A stretch of 62,080 bases of DNA, counting the filler. It is 4 parts of 4 records of this genome, joined end to end, with 100 filler letters (N's around TTAATTAATTAA, not from the genome) between each part and the next. Parts side by side here need not be neighbours in the genome. Positions count along the whole stretch, not along the records: positions 21,057 to 37,468 come from SRR20825006_342; 3 more parts are not named here. The stretch is one strand, 5' to 3'. Made by a program: the position numbers and the translations under genes. The notes under the pieces were generated by a model. The model did not search any database, was not told where the DNA came from, and worked only from the letters and a program-made list of their open reading frames with translations. Below, one piece after another: positions 21,058 through 29,206 of this stretch; position 1 is the stretch's first letter, and each line of letters starts with the position of its first letter.

Positions 21058-21867
21058 GCACTTGTCGACAGCCACTGCCATCTGGACTATCCCCAGTTTT
21101 CCGAAGACCTTCCGGGCACAATTGAACGTGCCCGGAATGCTGGTGTCGGTATGATGGTTAGTATCGGCGTCAAGCTTTCGACTTTCGAAAATGTTCGCGC
21201 CGTCGCTGCCAAAGCTGACCACATTTACTGCACGGTAGGTGTCCACCCGCACGAGGCGGGCGAGGAGGGGCTTTCATCACCTGATCGCCTGATCGAAATG
21301 GCATCCGATCCGAAGATTATCGGTATCGGCGAAAGCGGCCTTGATTATTATTACGATCATGCCCCCCGCGAAGCACAGCGCCAAAGCTTTCGCGCCCATA
21401 TTGCCGCATGTCGCGAAACCGGTCTGCCATTGATTGTCCACACACGTGACGCAGACGACGACACGATGGATATCCTTGAAGAGGAATATGAAAAGGGGCC
21501 GTTTACTGGTGTCATTCATTGCTTTTCAAGTTCGGCGACACTGGCGCAACGTGCCTTGAAGATTGGTTTTTATATCTCGTGCTCCGGGATTATTACCTTC
21601 AATTCCGCAAAAGAAATCCAGGCAGCGGTCGCTGATGTTCCGCTTGACCGTTTGCTTGTGGAAACCGATGCGCCATATCTGGCACCAGTCCCGAAGCGCG
21701 GTAAACCAAACGAACCAAGCTATGTCGCACATACAGCGGCAAAACTTGCTCAGATCAAGGGCGTTGATGTTCATGAAATAGCCCGGATAACCAGCGATAA
21801 TTTCTTCACACTATTCAAGAAAGCTGATCGCAAGAATCTTCTGTCCCCGGAGGCGGGCGAACAGTGA
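21058..21867 (+). CDS. tatD: TatD-family hydrolase (5' end cut by gap)
   Basis: Frame extends upstream of the listed ORF to LVDSHCHLD; GVHPHE, GESGLDY, VETDAPYLAP. Confidence 0.93.
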   Translation, partial: ALVDSHCHLDYPQFSEDLPGTIERARNAGVGMMVSIGVKLSTFENVRAVAAKADHIYCTVGVHPHEAGEEGLSSPDRLIEMASDPKIIGIGESGLDYYYDHAPREAQRQSFRAHIAACRETGLPLIVHTRDADDDTMDILEEEYEKGPFTGVIHCFSSSATLAQRALKIGFYISCSGIITFNSAKEIQAAVADVPLDRLLVETDAPYLAPVPKRGKPNEPSYVAHTAAKLAQIKGVDVHEIARITSDNFFTLFKKADRKNLLSPEAGEQ

Positions 21868-22637
21868 CAAAAATCACCATTCTGGGCTGCGGATCATCAA
21901 ACGGTGTCCCATCCGTTGGCTTGGGATGGGGAAAATGCAATCCGAAAAATCCGAAAAACCGTCGTCTGAGAAGTTCAATCCTGATCGAGCAGGCAGGTAA
22001 AAAAATCCTTGTCGATGTGACACCGGATTTTCGTGAACAGGCATTGCGCCATGACATCAATCATGTTGATGCGGTGCTGTTCACACATGCACATGCTGAT
22101 CATGTCCATGGCATAGATGAGCTTCGCTGGATCAATGTCGCGATGCATCGACCGATCAATATTTACGCGTCTGCCGAAACCATCTCCGACATTGATCATC
22201 GTTTTGCCTATGTGTTTGAACCATTGGCCAACGGCACAGACTTTTATTACAAACCTGTGCTGATCCCGCATGTAATATCCGGGCCGTTTGAAGCGGCAGG
22301 GGTTCCGATAACCGTTTTCCTTCAGGATCACGGTTACGGTGAAACACTTGGCTTCAAAGTTGGGAAATTTGCCTATTCAACGGACGTGGTCAATTTCCCG
22401 GAAGAATCTCGAGAACATCTTTACGGGCTGGATGTCTGGGTTGTTGATTGCCTTCGTCATAAACCGCATGCGACGCACGCACATCTTGAAAAAGCGTTGC
22501 AGTGGGTTGAGGAATTCAAACCCAAACAAACTTACTTCACGCACATGAGCATTCTTTTTGATTACGATGAAGCAATGGCAGATACGCCGGATCATGTCGC
22601 GCCAGCGTATGATGGGCTGGTTATTGATCTGGATTGA
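21864..22637 (+). CDS. MBL-fold metallo-hydrolase (PhnP-like)
   Basis: ILGCGSSNGVP, THAHADHVHG, YFTHMS, AYDGL; usual neighbour of tatD. Confidence 0.92.
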   Translation: MTKITILGCGSSNGVPSVGLGWGKCNPKNPKNRRLRSSILIEQAGKKILVDVTPDFREQALRHDINHVDAVLFTHAHADHVHGIDELRWINVAMHRPINIYASAETISDIDHRFAYVFEPLANGTDFYYKPVLIPHVISGPFEAAGVPITVFLQDHGYGETLGFKVGKFAYSTDVVNFPEESREHLYGLDVWVVDCLRHKPHATHAHLEKALQWVEEFKPKQTYFTHMSILFDYDEAMADTPDHVAPAYDGLVIDLD

Positions 22638-22671
22638 AGGTCGGAAAGGTTGTTCGTTCTCCTATATCACA

Positions 22672-22699
22672 AAGTTCTATAATATATATTAGCCGCAAA
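22672..22699 (-). other. dif-like XerC/XerD site, probable left prophage junction
   Basis: Minus strand TTTGCGGCTAA-TATATA-TTATAGAACTT: 11-6-11 layout with a XerD-like arm; lies between the last host gene and the first phage gene. Confidence 0.65.
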
Positions 22700-22785
22700 T
22701 CATGTGTTAATCCGTTGCTATCCTGTTCGCTACTCTAGGGTAGGGCGCAAAATCACGTAGGATATACACAAAGGTAGGATTGCGA

Positions 22786-23079
22786 TCAGGCCGCAATCCC
22801 GTCCATTGCTTTGTGAATATTGTCATGCATCTTAATATAATAAGTCTCGGCGTCCGTTCCTTTGGTGCGCCAGTAATTGAGGTCTAGTAAAGCCTCAAAT
22901 GGATCATTGCCGCCAAGCAAGGCTAACTTGATCATTATTTCATCACCGGGCAGGCCATGCCCGCGATGATAACGCGTCATGTTGATGCTATTGATGCCAA
23001 GTTCGCGGGCGACCGCATTGTTCGAATGCAGGTTTGAATGCCGTCTGGCGTCGTCAATGTAACCGCTGATTGATTTCAT
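22786..23079 (-). CDS. Prophage HTH repressor (resembles inovirus-type repressors)
   Basis: SNNAVARELGINSINMTRYHRG helix-turn-helix; divergent from the phage operon; GGAG RBS. Confidence 0.7.
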   Translation of the reverse strand: MKSISGYIDDARRHSNLHSNNAVARELGINSINMTRYHRGHGLPGDEIMIKLALLGGNDPFEALLDLNYWRTKGTDAETYYIKMHDNIHKAMDGIAA

Positions 23080-23128
23080 CGCTCATATCTCCGTTTCCCG
23101 CAAAGATTGTATCTCCAAAAAAACCCAT

Positions 23129-23188
23129 TTGACAACATACGGGGAGTTGTGGAGTTCTATTTGCAAGTTGCATAGTGATACTGTGCAA
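23129..23188. promoter_or_regulatory. Divergent promoter/operator region of the prophage
   Basis: TTGACA at 23129-23134; inverted repeat TTGCATAGT-GAT-ACTGTGCAA at 23168-23188. Confidence 0.45.
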
Positions 23189-23318
23189 TGTGCGATCCGT
23201 ACCCATAGGGGCACCCCGTTTCCCAAAGCTCGGTGCCCCGTCCGGTACAGAGGATCGCCGGACAAAGGGAAACGAAGATGACGCAATTAGAGCAAGATCA
23301 GGGCATTACGTCCGGGCC

Positions 23319-23528
23319 GTGCATATCCCCTTCAAAAAAAACCAGTTCGGCGCGTATGCGTTCTTTCCGGGCACTGGCCCAAAGGACAAGCGTTGCGCCG
23401 ACTGCATGTATTGCCGCGATCCCGAAAAGAAGCCGACCTGCAATATGGTTGCGGCCTTTCCGGGCCGGTACAAGTCGGGGCCGATAAAGTCGGGTTCGGC
23501 AAGCTGCAAGTATTTCCGGCAGCGATAG
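23319..23528 (+). CDS. Small Cys-rich (putative zinc-binding) phage protein; start uncertain
   Basis: FPGTGPKDKRCADCMYC..C..CKYF; in-frame GTG at 23319, or ATG 23278 via an A8 slip. Confidence 0.55.
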   Translation: MHIPFKKNQFGAYAFFPGTGPKDKRCADCMYCRDPEKKPTCNMVAAFPGRYKSGPIKSGSASCKYFRQR

Positions 23529-23703
23529 CAGTTTCGCCCGTGTGAGGCTGGGGAGCCAAAATTCACGGGGGTTTGGAAGGGGCTTCTGCCTCTCCACAAG
23601 TGGGGAAGGTGGTTTTTGTCAAAATTCTGCCTTCCCCTTCTAAACCTCAAGAAAACCCTCTGCGCGAAGCGCCAATTTCCACATTCCACGAGGATGACGA
23701 ACG

Positions 23704-24084
23704 ATGAACCAGCTTAAATTTTCCGATGATCGCAAGCATGCATCCGGGCAGTTCTCGACGCTGCATTTCGGCCTTGATATTGAAATTCATGCCATTGATG
23801 GCAATTGGGATAAAGGCAAGCCGCCAGTCGGCACCGGCAAAGAGCCGGGGCGTCCGGCCTATGATGTGTTCGGCGCTGGCCGGGGTGGCGCGGTCAAGCT
23901 GGGCGCGGCATGGCTCAAAACCATTCAGAACGGCCCGAACACAGGGAAGCAGTTCCTTACCATGTCACTTGATGATCCCAGCTTCCCATCAGCGTTGAAC
24001 CTGTCGGCGTTCGAAGGTGACGCGCCGGGTATCTATAATCTGAAATGGGAGCGCCCGCGTCAGGCGACCCAAGATGCCGCATAA
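23704..24084 (+). CDS. DUF736-family protein, putative ssDNA-binding
   Basis: GQFSTL..PAYDV..LGAAW..FLTMSLDDPSFP signature. Confidence 0.8.
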   Translation: MNQLKFSDDRKHASGQFSTLHFGLDIEIHAIDGNWDKGKPPVGTGKEPGRPAYDVFGAGRGGAVKLGAAWLKTIQNGPNTGKQFLTMSLDDPSFPSALNLSAFEGDAPGIYNLKWERPRQATQDAA

Positions 24085-24463
24085 GGGCAACGAGCAAGCC
24101 GGGGTTAACGCCCCGGCCTTTCGTATTCCAGACGGTTTTTCGCATGAGACAATGCCGATTTTTGGCGGTGCGTTCTCTCATGCGAAACACTGTTTCGTGG
24201 AATGGTCAGAAGATGGCGAGGAATACGCGGCTTTTCTGCCGACTGATCGCGCTTTCGACTGTCTGGCGGCATGTGAAGCCATGATGAAGGCTAAGAACCC
24301 GCCGATAGAGAGCGCGGAAATCTGGCCTATGTGCCGGTCTGTCACCAAAGGAAACCTTGACCGCCTTTGGAAGCAGGTGCGGCGGCTGCGTGAGCCGGGA
24401 AATCAGAAAACATGGTCAATCGAGTTTGCCCGGTTCGGGTATGGCGGAGGGTTTGAACGATAA
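24074..24463 (+). CDS. Phage hypothetical protein
   Basis: 129-aa ORF overlapping both neighbours. Confidence 0.5.
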   Translation: MPHKGNEQAGVNAPAFRIPDGFSHETMPIFGGAFSHAKHCFVEWSEDGEEYAAFLPTDRAFDCLAACEAMMKAKNPPIESAEIWPMCRSVTKGNLDRLWKQVRRLREPGNQKTWSIEFARFGYGGGFER

Positions 24464-24723
24464 TGGGTGGTTGTCTTTTTACAGGTCCGGCAGGAAGTCA
24501 AAACAGCGCGAAAATTGTTTACCCGTCCGCGTGGGTGCTTGTTGATATTGACTTGAAAACTGGCGATGTCGCCGGGGTTGTGGGGCCGTTTTTCTCTGAA
24601 TTTGAGGCGGATAATTTTGACCGGCAACGTGCTCAGGTGCGGTCCTTCCGTCGGACGCATAAGACGCGGATTTTTTCCGTGACATCACCATACGACGAAA
24701 TGCGGAAAGGATGCGAACGATGA
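24463..24723 (+). CDS. Phage hypothetical protein
   Basis: TAATG coupling to the upstream ORF, GGAGG RBS. Confidence 0.5.
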   Translation: MGGCLFTGPAGSQNSAKIVYPSAWVLVDIDLKTGDVAGVVGPFFSEFEADNFDRQRAQVRSFRRTHKTRIFSVTSPYDEMRKGCER

Positions 24724-24824
24724 GCGGCGTAACGATAATTGCCTTTTTCGTTGGTGTTGTGATCGGTGCGGCGGTTGTTGCTGCCGTGTTCGCGGGCATC
24801 ATTGATGGCTGGTTTAACAACTGA
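24720..24824 (+). CDS. 34-aa single-pass membrane protein (not in ORF track)
   Basis: MSGVTIIAFFVGVVIGAAVVAAVFAGIIDGWFNN*, ATGA overlap. Confidence 0.6.
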   Translation: MSGVTIIAFFVGVVIGAAVVAAVFAGIIDGWFNN

Positions 24825-24832
24825 GGTGAAAC

Positions 24833-25093
24833 ATGGGTAACGGAATGGATGCACTGAGCCGGGAAGAACGCGAAGAAATGCGCGGTAATCGCTTTCCTGA
24901 ATGTTGGTGCGTAATGGTTTCTCGGTCCAAAACCAGTTGGGGCTGGGGTGTTGTCGTTGTTTACGGGCCGGTTGCGCGGCAAGGCGCAGAGGCGCTTGAA
25001 AAGGTTTTGACTGGCGCGGGATTTTTGGCAGAAGCGGTCAAGATGTCAGGGCACACCGTTGATATTGCCGATTTGAGGAAACTGGTTGATTGA
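24833..25093 (+). CDS. Phage hypothetical protein
   Basis: GAGGTG RBS, 86 aa, in operon. Confidence 0.55.
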   Translation: MGNGMDALSREEREEMRGNRFPECWCVMVSRSKTSWGWGVVVVYGPVARQGAEALEKVLTGAGFLAEAVKMSGHTVDIADLRKLVD

Positions 25094-25098
25094 CGGGC

Positions 25099-25129
25099 GA
25101 AGGGGGCATTTTTGTATCACGCCCCCTTC
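25099..25129. other. Candidate rolling-circle double-strand origin hairpin
   Basis: Perfect 9-bp stem GAAGGGGGC/GCCCCCTTC with a 13-nt AT-rich loop, about 20 bp before the Rep start. Confidence 0.55.
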
Positions 25130-25148
25130 TGATTACAGGGTAGGGAAA

Positions 25149-26357
25149 ATGGATTTAATCTACGCAGGGTTTGACGGTCTTGATGTGACGTTTCAGGGAG
25201 TCATCCCGCTTCGGGCGGTTGATGCTTTCGAAGCGGCCAAGGTGGCAGCACAGGAAACCAAACAGGAAACCTTTGCACAGGTCGGCAAATTCAAGGGTCA
25301 TGTTGCCGAAACCGGGGCGCGTGGCGGCTATACGTATCGGGTTGATACCGGCAATCTTGGCTTTACGTGGTTCTTTTCCAAATCCCAGAAGCGCGAAGGC
25401 TGGAATATCCGGGTTTCCTGCAAGTCGGCAACCCTTGCGACATACGGCTTTGAGGGGGCCATAGGGCTTATGTATGCCGATCTTGAGGCCGTGGGGGCGA
25501 CGGTCCTGCAAGAGGCCATTGCAAGGGTCGATTTCGCGATGGATTGGCGCATGCCCGGTGATTTCCGGCTTGATCCGCACCGCTTCGCGCTCCATGGGAC
25601 AACCAAGGCCGACATGCACGGCGAGGAAATCGGGCAGCACTGGCAGAAACGTCAATGCACCGGCTTGACAATCGGTAAAATGCCGGGGCGGCAAATCTGC
25701 ATCTATGACAAGCGCCGCGATATCGTCGCCAAACGCAAAGACGAATGGTGGAAAATCTGGGGGATTGACCGGGACGAATTTGAGAGGTCCGGGGATCAGA
25801 TGTGGCGCATCGAATTGCGGGCCGGAAAGAAGCATTTAAAGGAACAATGGGGCGTTACGTCATGGGCCGATCTTCGCGCCAAATTGGGCGATATCTATGC
25901 GCATGCGCTCCTACGTATACGTTACAAGGCCCGGACATGGGATGAAGACGAAAATATCACCCGCATTGAGGACGATCATATGTGGGAACGCTGCCGGGCT
26001 GTAACGGGTGGAAGCCTGTTTGAGTACACGAGCAATTGCGGGCCGGGTGTCGTCAAACAGGTCATGCAGGAACAACAGCGCCAGACCATCGCCGCGATGA
26101 TGATCGGCTTGTCAGCAAACCTTGCAGTTCTGTCCGGGGTGGACAAAGACCAGCTATGGGAATTGCCGCCCCTGATTTCAAAAATGATTGCCAGCAACAT
26201 CCACGGGGAGGAAAGCGGAAAAGAGTTCAAATCGAAAATGAAGAAGGTCTATCGCCGATATGAAATCTATGACGAAGATGGAGTGATCCTAGATGAAAGA
26301 ACGATTGGACAAATTGGTGGCGGCACAGGAAGCTGCACAGAAAGCGCCTTTGTTTAA
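25149..26357 (+). CDS. Rolling-circle replication initiator, Rep_trans family
   Basis: GFDGLDVT, ARVDFAMD, TIGK..ICIYDK (catalytic Tyr candidate), WRIELR; AGGGA RBS before ATG 25149. Confidence 0.85.
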   Translation: MDLIYAGFDGLDVTFQGVIPLRAVDAFEAAKVAAQETKQETFAQVGKFKGHVAETGARGGYTYRVDTGNLGFTWFFSKSQKREGWNIRVSCKSATLATYGFEGAIGLMYADLEAVGATVLQEAIARVDFAMDWRMPGDFRLDPHRFALHGTTKADMHGEEIGQHWQKRQCTGLTIGKMPGRQICIYDKRRDIVAKRKDEWWKIWGIDRDEFERSGDQMWRIELRAGKKHLKEQWGVTSWADLRAKLGDIYAHALLRIRYKARTWDEDENITRIEDDHMWERCRAVTGGSLFEYTSNCGPGVVKQVMQEQQRQTIAAMMIGLSANLAVLSGVDKDQLWELPPLISKMIASNIHGEESGKEFKSKMKKVYRRYEIYDEDGVILDERTIGQIGGGTGSCTESAFV

Positions 26358-26454
26358 CAAGGCCCATCTGATCGACAAAGCATTAGTCGAATTGGGCGGG
26401 CTGTTGAACGAAATGGTCGAGCGGATCGAGCGGCTGGAAAATGGCAACCGTTGA
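26293..26454 (+). CDS. 53-aa coiled-coil protein (not in ORF track)
   Basis: MKERLDKLVAAQEAAQKAPLFNKAHLIDKALVELGGLLNEMVERIERLENGNR*, GGAG RBS, overlaps the Rep end. Confidence 0.6.
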   Translation: MKERLDKLVAAQEAAQKAPLFNKAHLIDKALVELGGLLNEMVERIERLENGNR

Positions 26455-26812
26455 TCCGGGCACTGTGATTGAAGTTCGCGCTTGTTCAGGGTGTGGGAAC
26501 CCGGTCTACGTCAAGGCGAACAAAAATCAGATTGCATATTACTTTTGCACACCTAACGACGACAACAACGGTCAAGGGTGTTCGCATCATGAAAAATGGG
26601 GACGGGTCGCATCAAACCAGAAATTGAGGGCGTATTGGGAAGCCAGACGCGCCCACGAGCGTAAGGGGGTTGATGATGACCGAAAAGACCGATTGGCTAC
26701 CGGGAGCCAGCCAGACGAAGCCGAAAGCCGGGCCGACGAAAGCCAGCCTGAACCAGTCCACGAGCCTCAACGGGCCATCCTCGCCGGATTTGCCGAATAC
26801 ATCCGATCATGA
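26441..26812 (+). CDS. Zinc-ribbon protein, possible transcription activator (PM2 P14-like position)
   Basis: CSGC..YFC..GCSH; directly after the Rep module. Confidence 0.55.
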   Translation: MATVDPGTVIEVRACSGCGNPVYVKANKNQIAYYFCTPNDDNNGQGCSHHEKWGRVASNQKLRAYWEARRAHERKGVDDDRKDRLATGSQPDEAESRADESQPEPVHEPQRAILAGFAEYIRS

Positions 26813-27317
26813 CGATATTGATGCGGGTGCTGAACATCTGGCGTCGTTCACGGTTGATCCGCTAGAAGGCGAGGCCGACGAATTTGGCGGGCTGGATGGC
26901 CTGTCAAATCTGGCCGATGACAGCGGCGAATTTATCAGTTCGGACGTGTTCTTTTCGTCCTTCTGTACCGCCTTCCAGATCGGCGCATGTGTGCCGCCAT
27001 ATCTGACCAGCCTCAAGATTGATGACAGCGAAATGGATCAGGCGCGCGCCGCGTCCGATGCGCTGTATGATATCTGTCTTGATACACCTTCCATGCATTT
27101 CCTTGTTAAGCCCGGTGGTGTGTGGTTTCAGCGCGTTGCCGCGATTTCGGCCTTTGCCTTGCCTAAGGCAATGGGGGTTGTTTCGGAAATCAAGGCGAAG
27201 AAGGCAAGGCCGGTCAATCAATCCCCTGGACAAGATAAAAAAGCCGAAAGGGCCAAGCCGGAACCAGCCAAAGAACCGCCTGCAAATGGTGGTCAATATG
27301 ACTGGGCTCCGACGTAA
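26673..27317 (+). CDS. Acidic protein preceding the packaging ATPase
   Basis: Acidic N-terminus, hydrophobic C-terminal helix, TAATG coupling to the ATPase. Confidence 0.6.
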   Translation: MMTEKTDWLPGASQTKPKAGPTKASLNQSTSLNGPSSPDLPNTSDHDDIDAGAEHLASFTVDPLEGEADEFGGLDGLSNLADDSGEFISSDVFFSSFCTAFQIGACVPPYLTSLKIDDSEMDQARAASDALYDICLDTPSMHFLVKPGGVWFQRVAAISAFALPKAMGVVSEIKAKKARPVNQSPGQDKKAERAKPEPAKEPPANGGQYDWAPT

Positions 27318-27958
27318 TGGCGGCGTTTTCAGAAGCGGGCCGGATTGGCATCTGGGGTCGATCCGGGTCCGGCAAATCGACGCGGGCAAAGCGTTTGATT
27401 GCGAAACGAAAGCGGGCCGTTGTCTTTGATCCTCAGGACGAATACCAGCACGAGCGCGGCTTTTTCCGGGTAACAACGATTGATCAGGTCCGGGCCTATA
27501 TGGCGCGAAACTGGCGGCGCAATTTCCGGGTGGCTTATGTGCCGCCAGCCGGGCAGGAAATGGCCGCGCTTGATCGGCTATCAAAGTTGTTGAAAGTCGC
27601 CCAACGGCCATTTTTCGACGGGCACGACGAACGGCAAATCTGTTTGCTGGTCGAGGAAATGAACGAATGTTTCCCCGTGACAGGGATACCACGCGCATTC
27701 GGTGGGTTTGGTGATCTCTGTTCGCGGGGGCGGCATTCGGGGATTGAATTGATCGGCGTTTCACAGCGAATTGCAGAAGTCAATACCCGGTTTCGAGGTA
27801 ATTGCACCGAAACTTATGTTTTCCGGCAAAAAGGGCCGCGTGATCTTAAGGCGGCAAGTGACGAGTTGGGCGGCGTGTCAACCGCAGAAATCCAAGCGTT
27901 ACAGCCGCACCATTACATTCACGAGAAAAACGGGACCATTACCAAAGGGAAAAACTGA
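27317..27958 (+). CDS. Genome packaging ATPase (FtsK-HerA/A32-like; PM2 P9-like)
   Basis: Walker A GRSGSGKS, Walker B LLVEE, arginine finger RGRHSGI followed by SQR..V..RGNC. Confidence 0.88.
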   Translation: MAAFSEAGRIGIWGRSGSGKSTRAKRLIAKRKRAVVFDPQDEYQHERGFFRVTTIDQVRAYMARNWRRNFRVAYVPPAGQEMAALDRLSKLLKVAQRPFFDGHDERQICLLVEEMNECFPVTGIPRAFGGFGDLCSRGRHSGIELIGVSQRIAEVNTRFRGNCTETYVFRQKGPRDLKAASDELGGVSTAEIQALQPHHYIHEKNGTITKGKN

Positions 27959-28028
27959 AAAATCGTGAATTTTCCTACGTAAGGTAATGTAACGTTACCT
28001 AGATTTGCCGCCCCCGAAATTGCGGCGT

Positions 28029-28061
28029 AACCCGGTTGTCAGACAGGCGACCGGGTTTTTT
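28029..28061 (+). terminator. Intrinsic terminator-like hairpin between ATPase and structural genes
   Basis: AACCCGGTTGTC-AGACA-GGCGACCGGGTT followed by a T-tract. Confidence 0.6.
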
Positions 28062-28098
28062 GTTTCCCCGGCTGTCACACAGGAAAAAGGGGTTTTCC

Positions 28099-28188
28099 GT
28101 GAGTGCAAAGAGTTTTGCAGTGGGCGTTGCTACCGCGCTGGTCGCGACGGTCATTTATGACAAATTCATCAAGCCGAACATGGCTTAG
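28099..28188 (+). CDS. 29-aa putative virion membrane protein (not in ORF track)
   Basis: MSAKSFAVGVATALVATVIYDKFIKPNMA*, AAGGGG RBS. Confidence 0.6.
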   Translation: MSAKSFAVGVATALVATVIYDKFIKPNMA

Positions 28189-28197
28189 GGGGTCAAT

Positions 28198-28320
28198 TTG
28201 AAGGGTGATATCAAAACGGTCGTTCTGACCGCGTTGGGCGTCATGGTTGCCGGTTACGTCATGAACATGATGTACGACGTGGCGATTGTGAAACAGGCCT
28301 CTGACGGCTTCGATAAGTAA
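28198..28320 (+). CDS. 40-aa putative virion membrane protein (not in ORF track)
   Basis: MKGDIKTVVLTALGVMVAGYVMNMMYDVAIVKQASDGFDK*, AGGGGG RBS; directly before the MCP, as for PM2 P7. Confidence 0.6.
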   Translation: MKGDIKTVVLTALGVMVAGYVMNMMYDVAIVKQASDGFDK

Positions 28321-28332
28321 GGGGGCGGCGCG

Positions 28333-29151
28333 TTGACCAATCGCATTTCCAAAAAAATGCCGAACGGCTCCGGTATCGGTGCGGGACAAACCGCAACGTT
28401 CAACCTGCCGAACGGCGTAACCTATCATCAGCTTTTGTTCCGCATTCAGGCCGATCTGGGCGCGGGCGTGGTTGATGTGCCGAAAGCCAGCCTTGGCACC
28501 GTGCTTGGTGAAATCCGGCTCTATATCGACGGGCAGGAAACCATTCGCATTGACGCTGCCGATCTGGCGGCAATTCTGACCTACAAGGGCCAGACAGTTA
28601 AGGACGGGGCGTTGCCGCTCATGTTCTCTGATCCGGCACAGCGCACCCCGATGGGTGAAGATGCGCCGGCTATCGGCACCGCCGATATTCAGTCACTTTC
28701 CCTTGAGGTTGATATCAAGGCAGGTGTTACGTCGCCGTCACTGGTCGTTTATGGCCTGCTGGGTCCAAACACACCGCTTGGTCAGTTCTACGCGATCAAG
28801 AAATATCCGTTCAACGTCGGTAATACCGGCATCCGCGAATTGCAGGATTTGCCGCGCTCTGACTATCACATCACGAAAATGCATATCAGCACGGATGATA
28901 TTGATAGCGTTCAGGTCGAGGCAAACCAGCGAATTTTGCGTGACTTTGACCGGGTTGTTGGTGCGGCGGCGGCAATTCAGACCGGCAAGGTCTGGCAGAC
29001 CGGCTGGACGCACATTGATTTCACGATCAGTGATCGTCTTTCCGACTTCCTGCCGATGCTGCTTGAAGATTTCCGGGTGCGTCTGGATATGACCGCTACA
29101 GGCAACTTCAACCTGTATACCGAGGAAATTCGCGGGCGCGTTGCCGCCTGA
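28333..29151 (+). CDS. Double jelly-roll major capsid protein (PM2 P2-like)
   Basis: 272 aa, beta-rich; AGQTATFNLPNGVTY, IGT..SLEVDI, ELQDLPRSDYHITKMHI and IDF..EDFRVRLD are colinear with PM2 P2 motifs as recalled. Confidence 0.88.
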   Translation: MTNRISKKMPNGSGIGAGQTATFNLPNGVTYHQLLFRIQADLGAGVVDVPKASLGTVLGEIRLYIDGQETIRIDAADLAAILTYKGQTVKDGALPLMFSDPAQRTPMGEDAPAIGTADIQSLSLEVDIKAGVTSPSLVVYGLLGPNTPLGQFYAIKKYPFNVGNTGIRELQDLPRSDYHITKMHISTDDIDSVQVEANQRILRDFDRVVGAAAAIQTGKVWQTGWTHIDFTISDRLSDFLPMLLEDFRVRLDMTATGNFNLYTEEIRGRVAA

Positions 29152-29206
29152 CAGGTGGATGTAAACCGGGGCGCTAGCGCGTCCCGGCTGGCCTTAAGGG
29201 GGTAAT

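Noticed and set aside
22700-22785. Second inverted dif-like arm forming a CTX-type folded attP
   Set aside because: Only weak partial matches; cannot be supported by eye
27317-27958. ATPase as Zot/pI of a filamentous phage
   Set aside because: No C-terminal TM extension, and it is followed by a 272-aa PM2-like capsid protein, which fits a DJR packaging ATPase better
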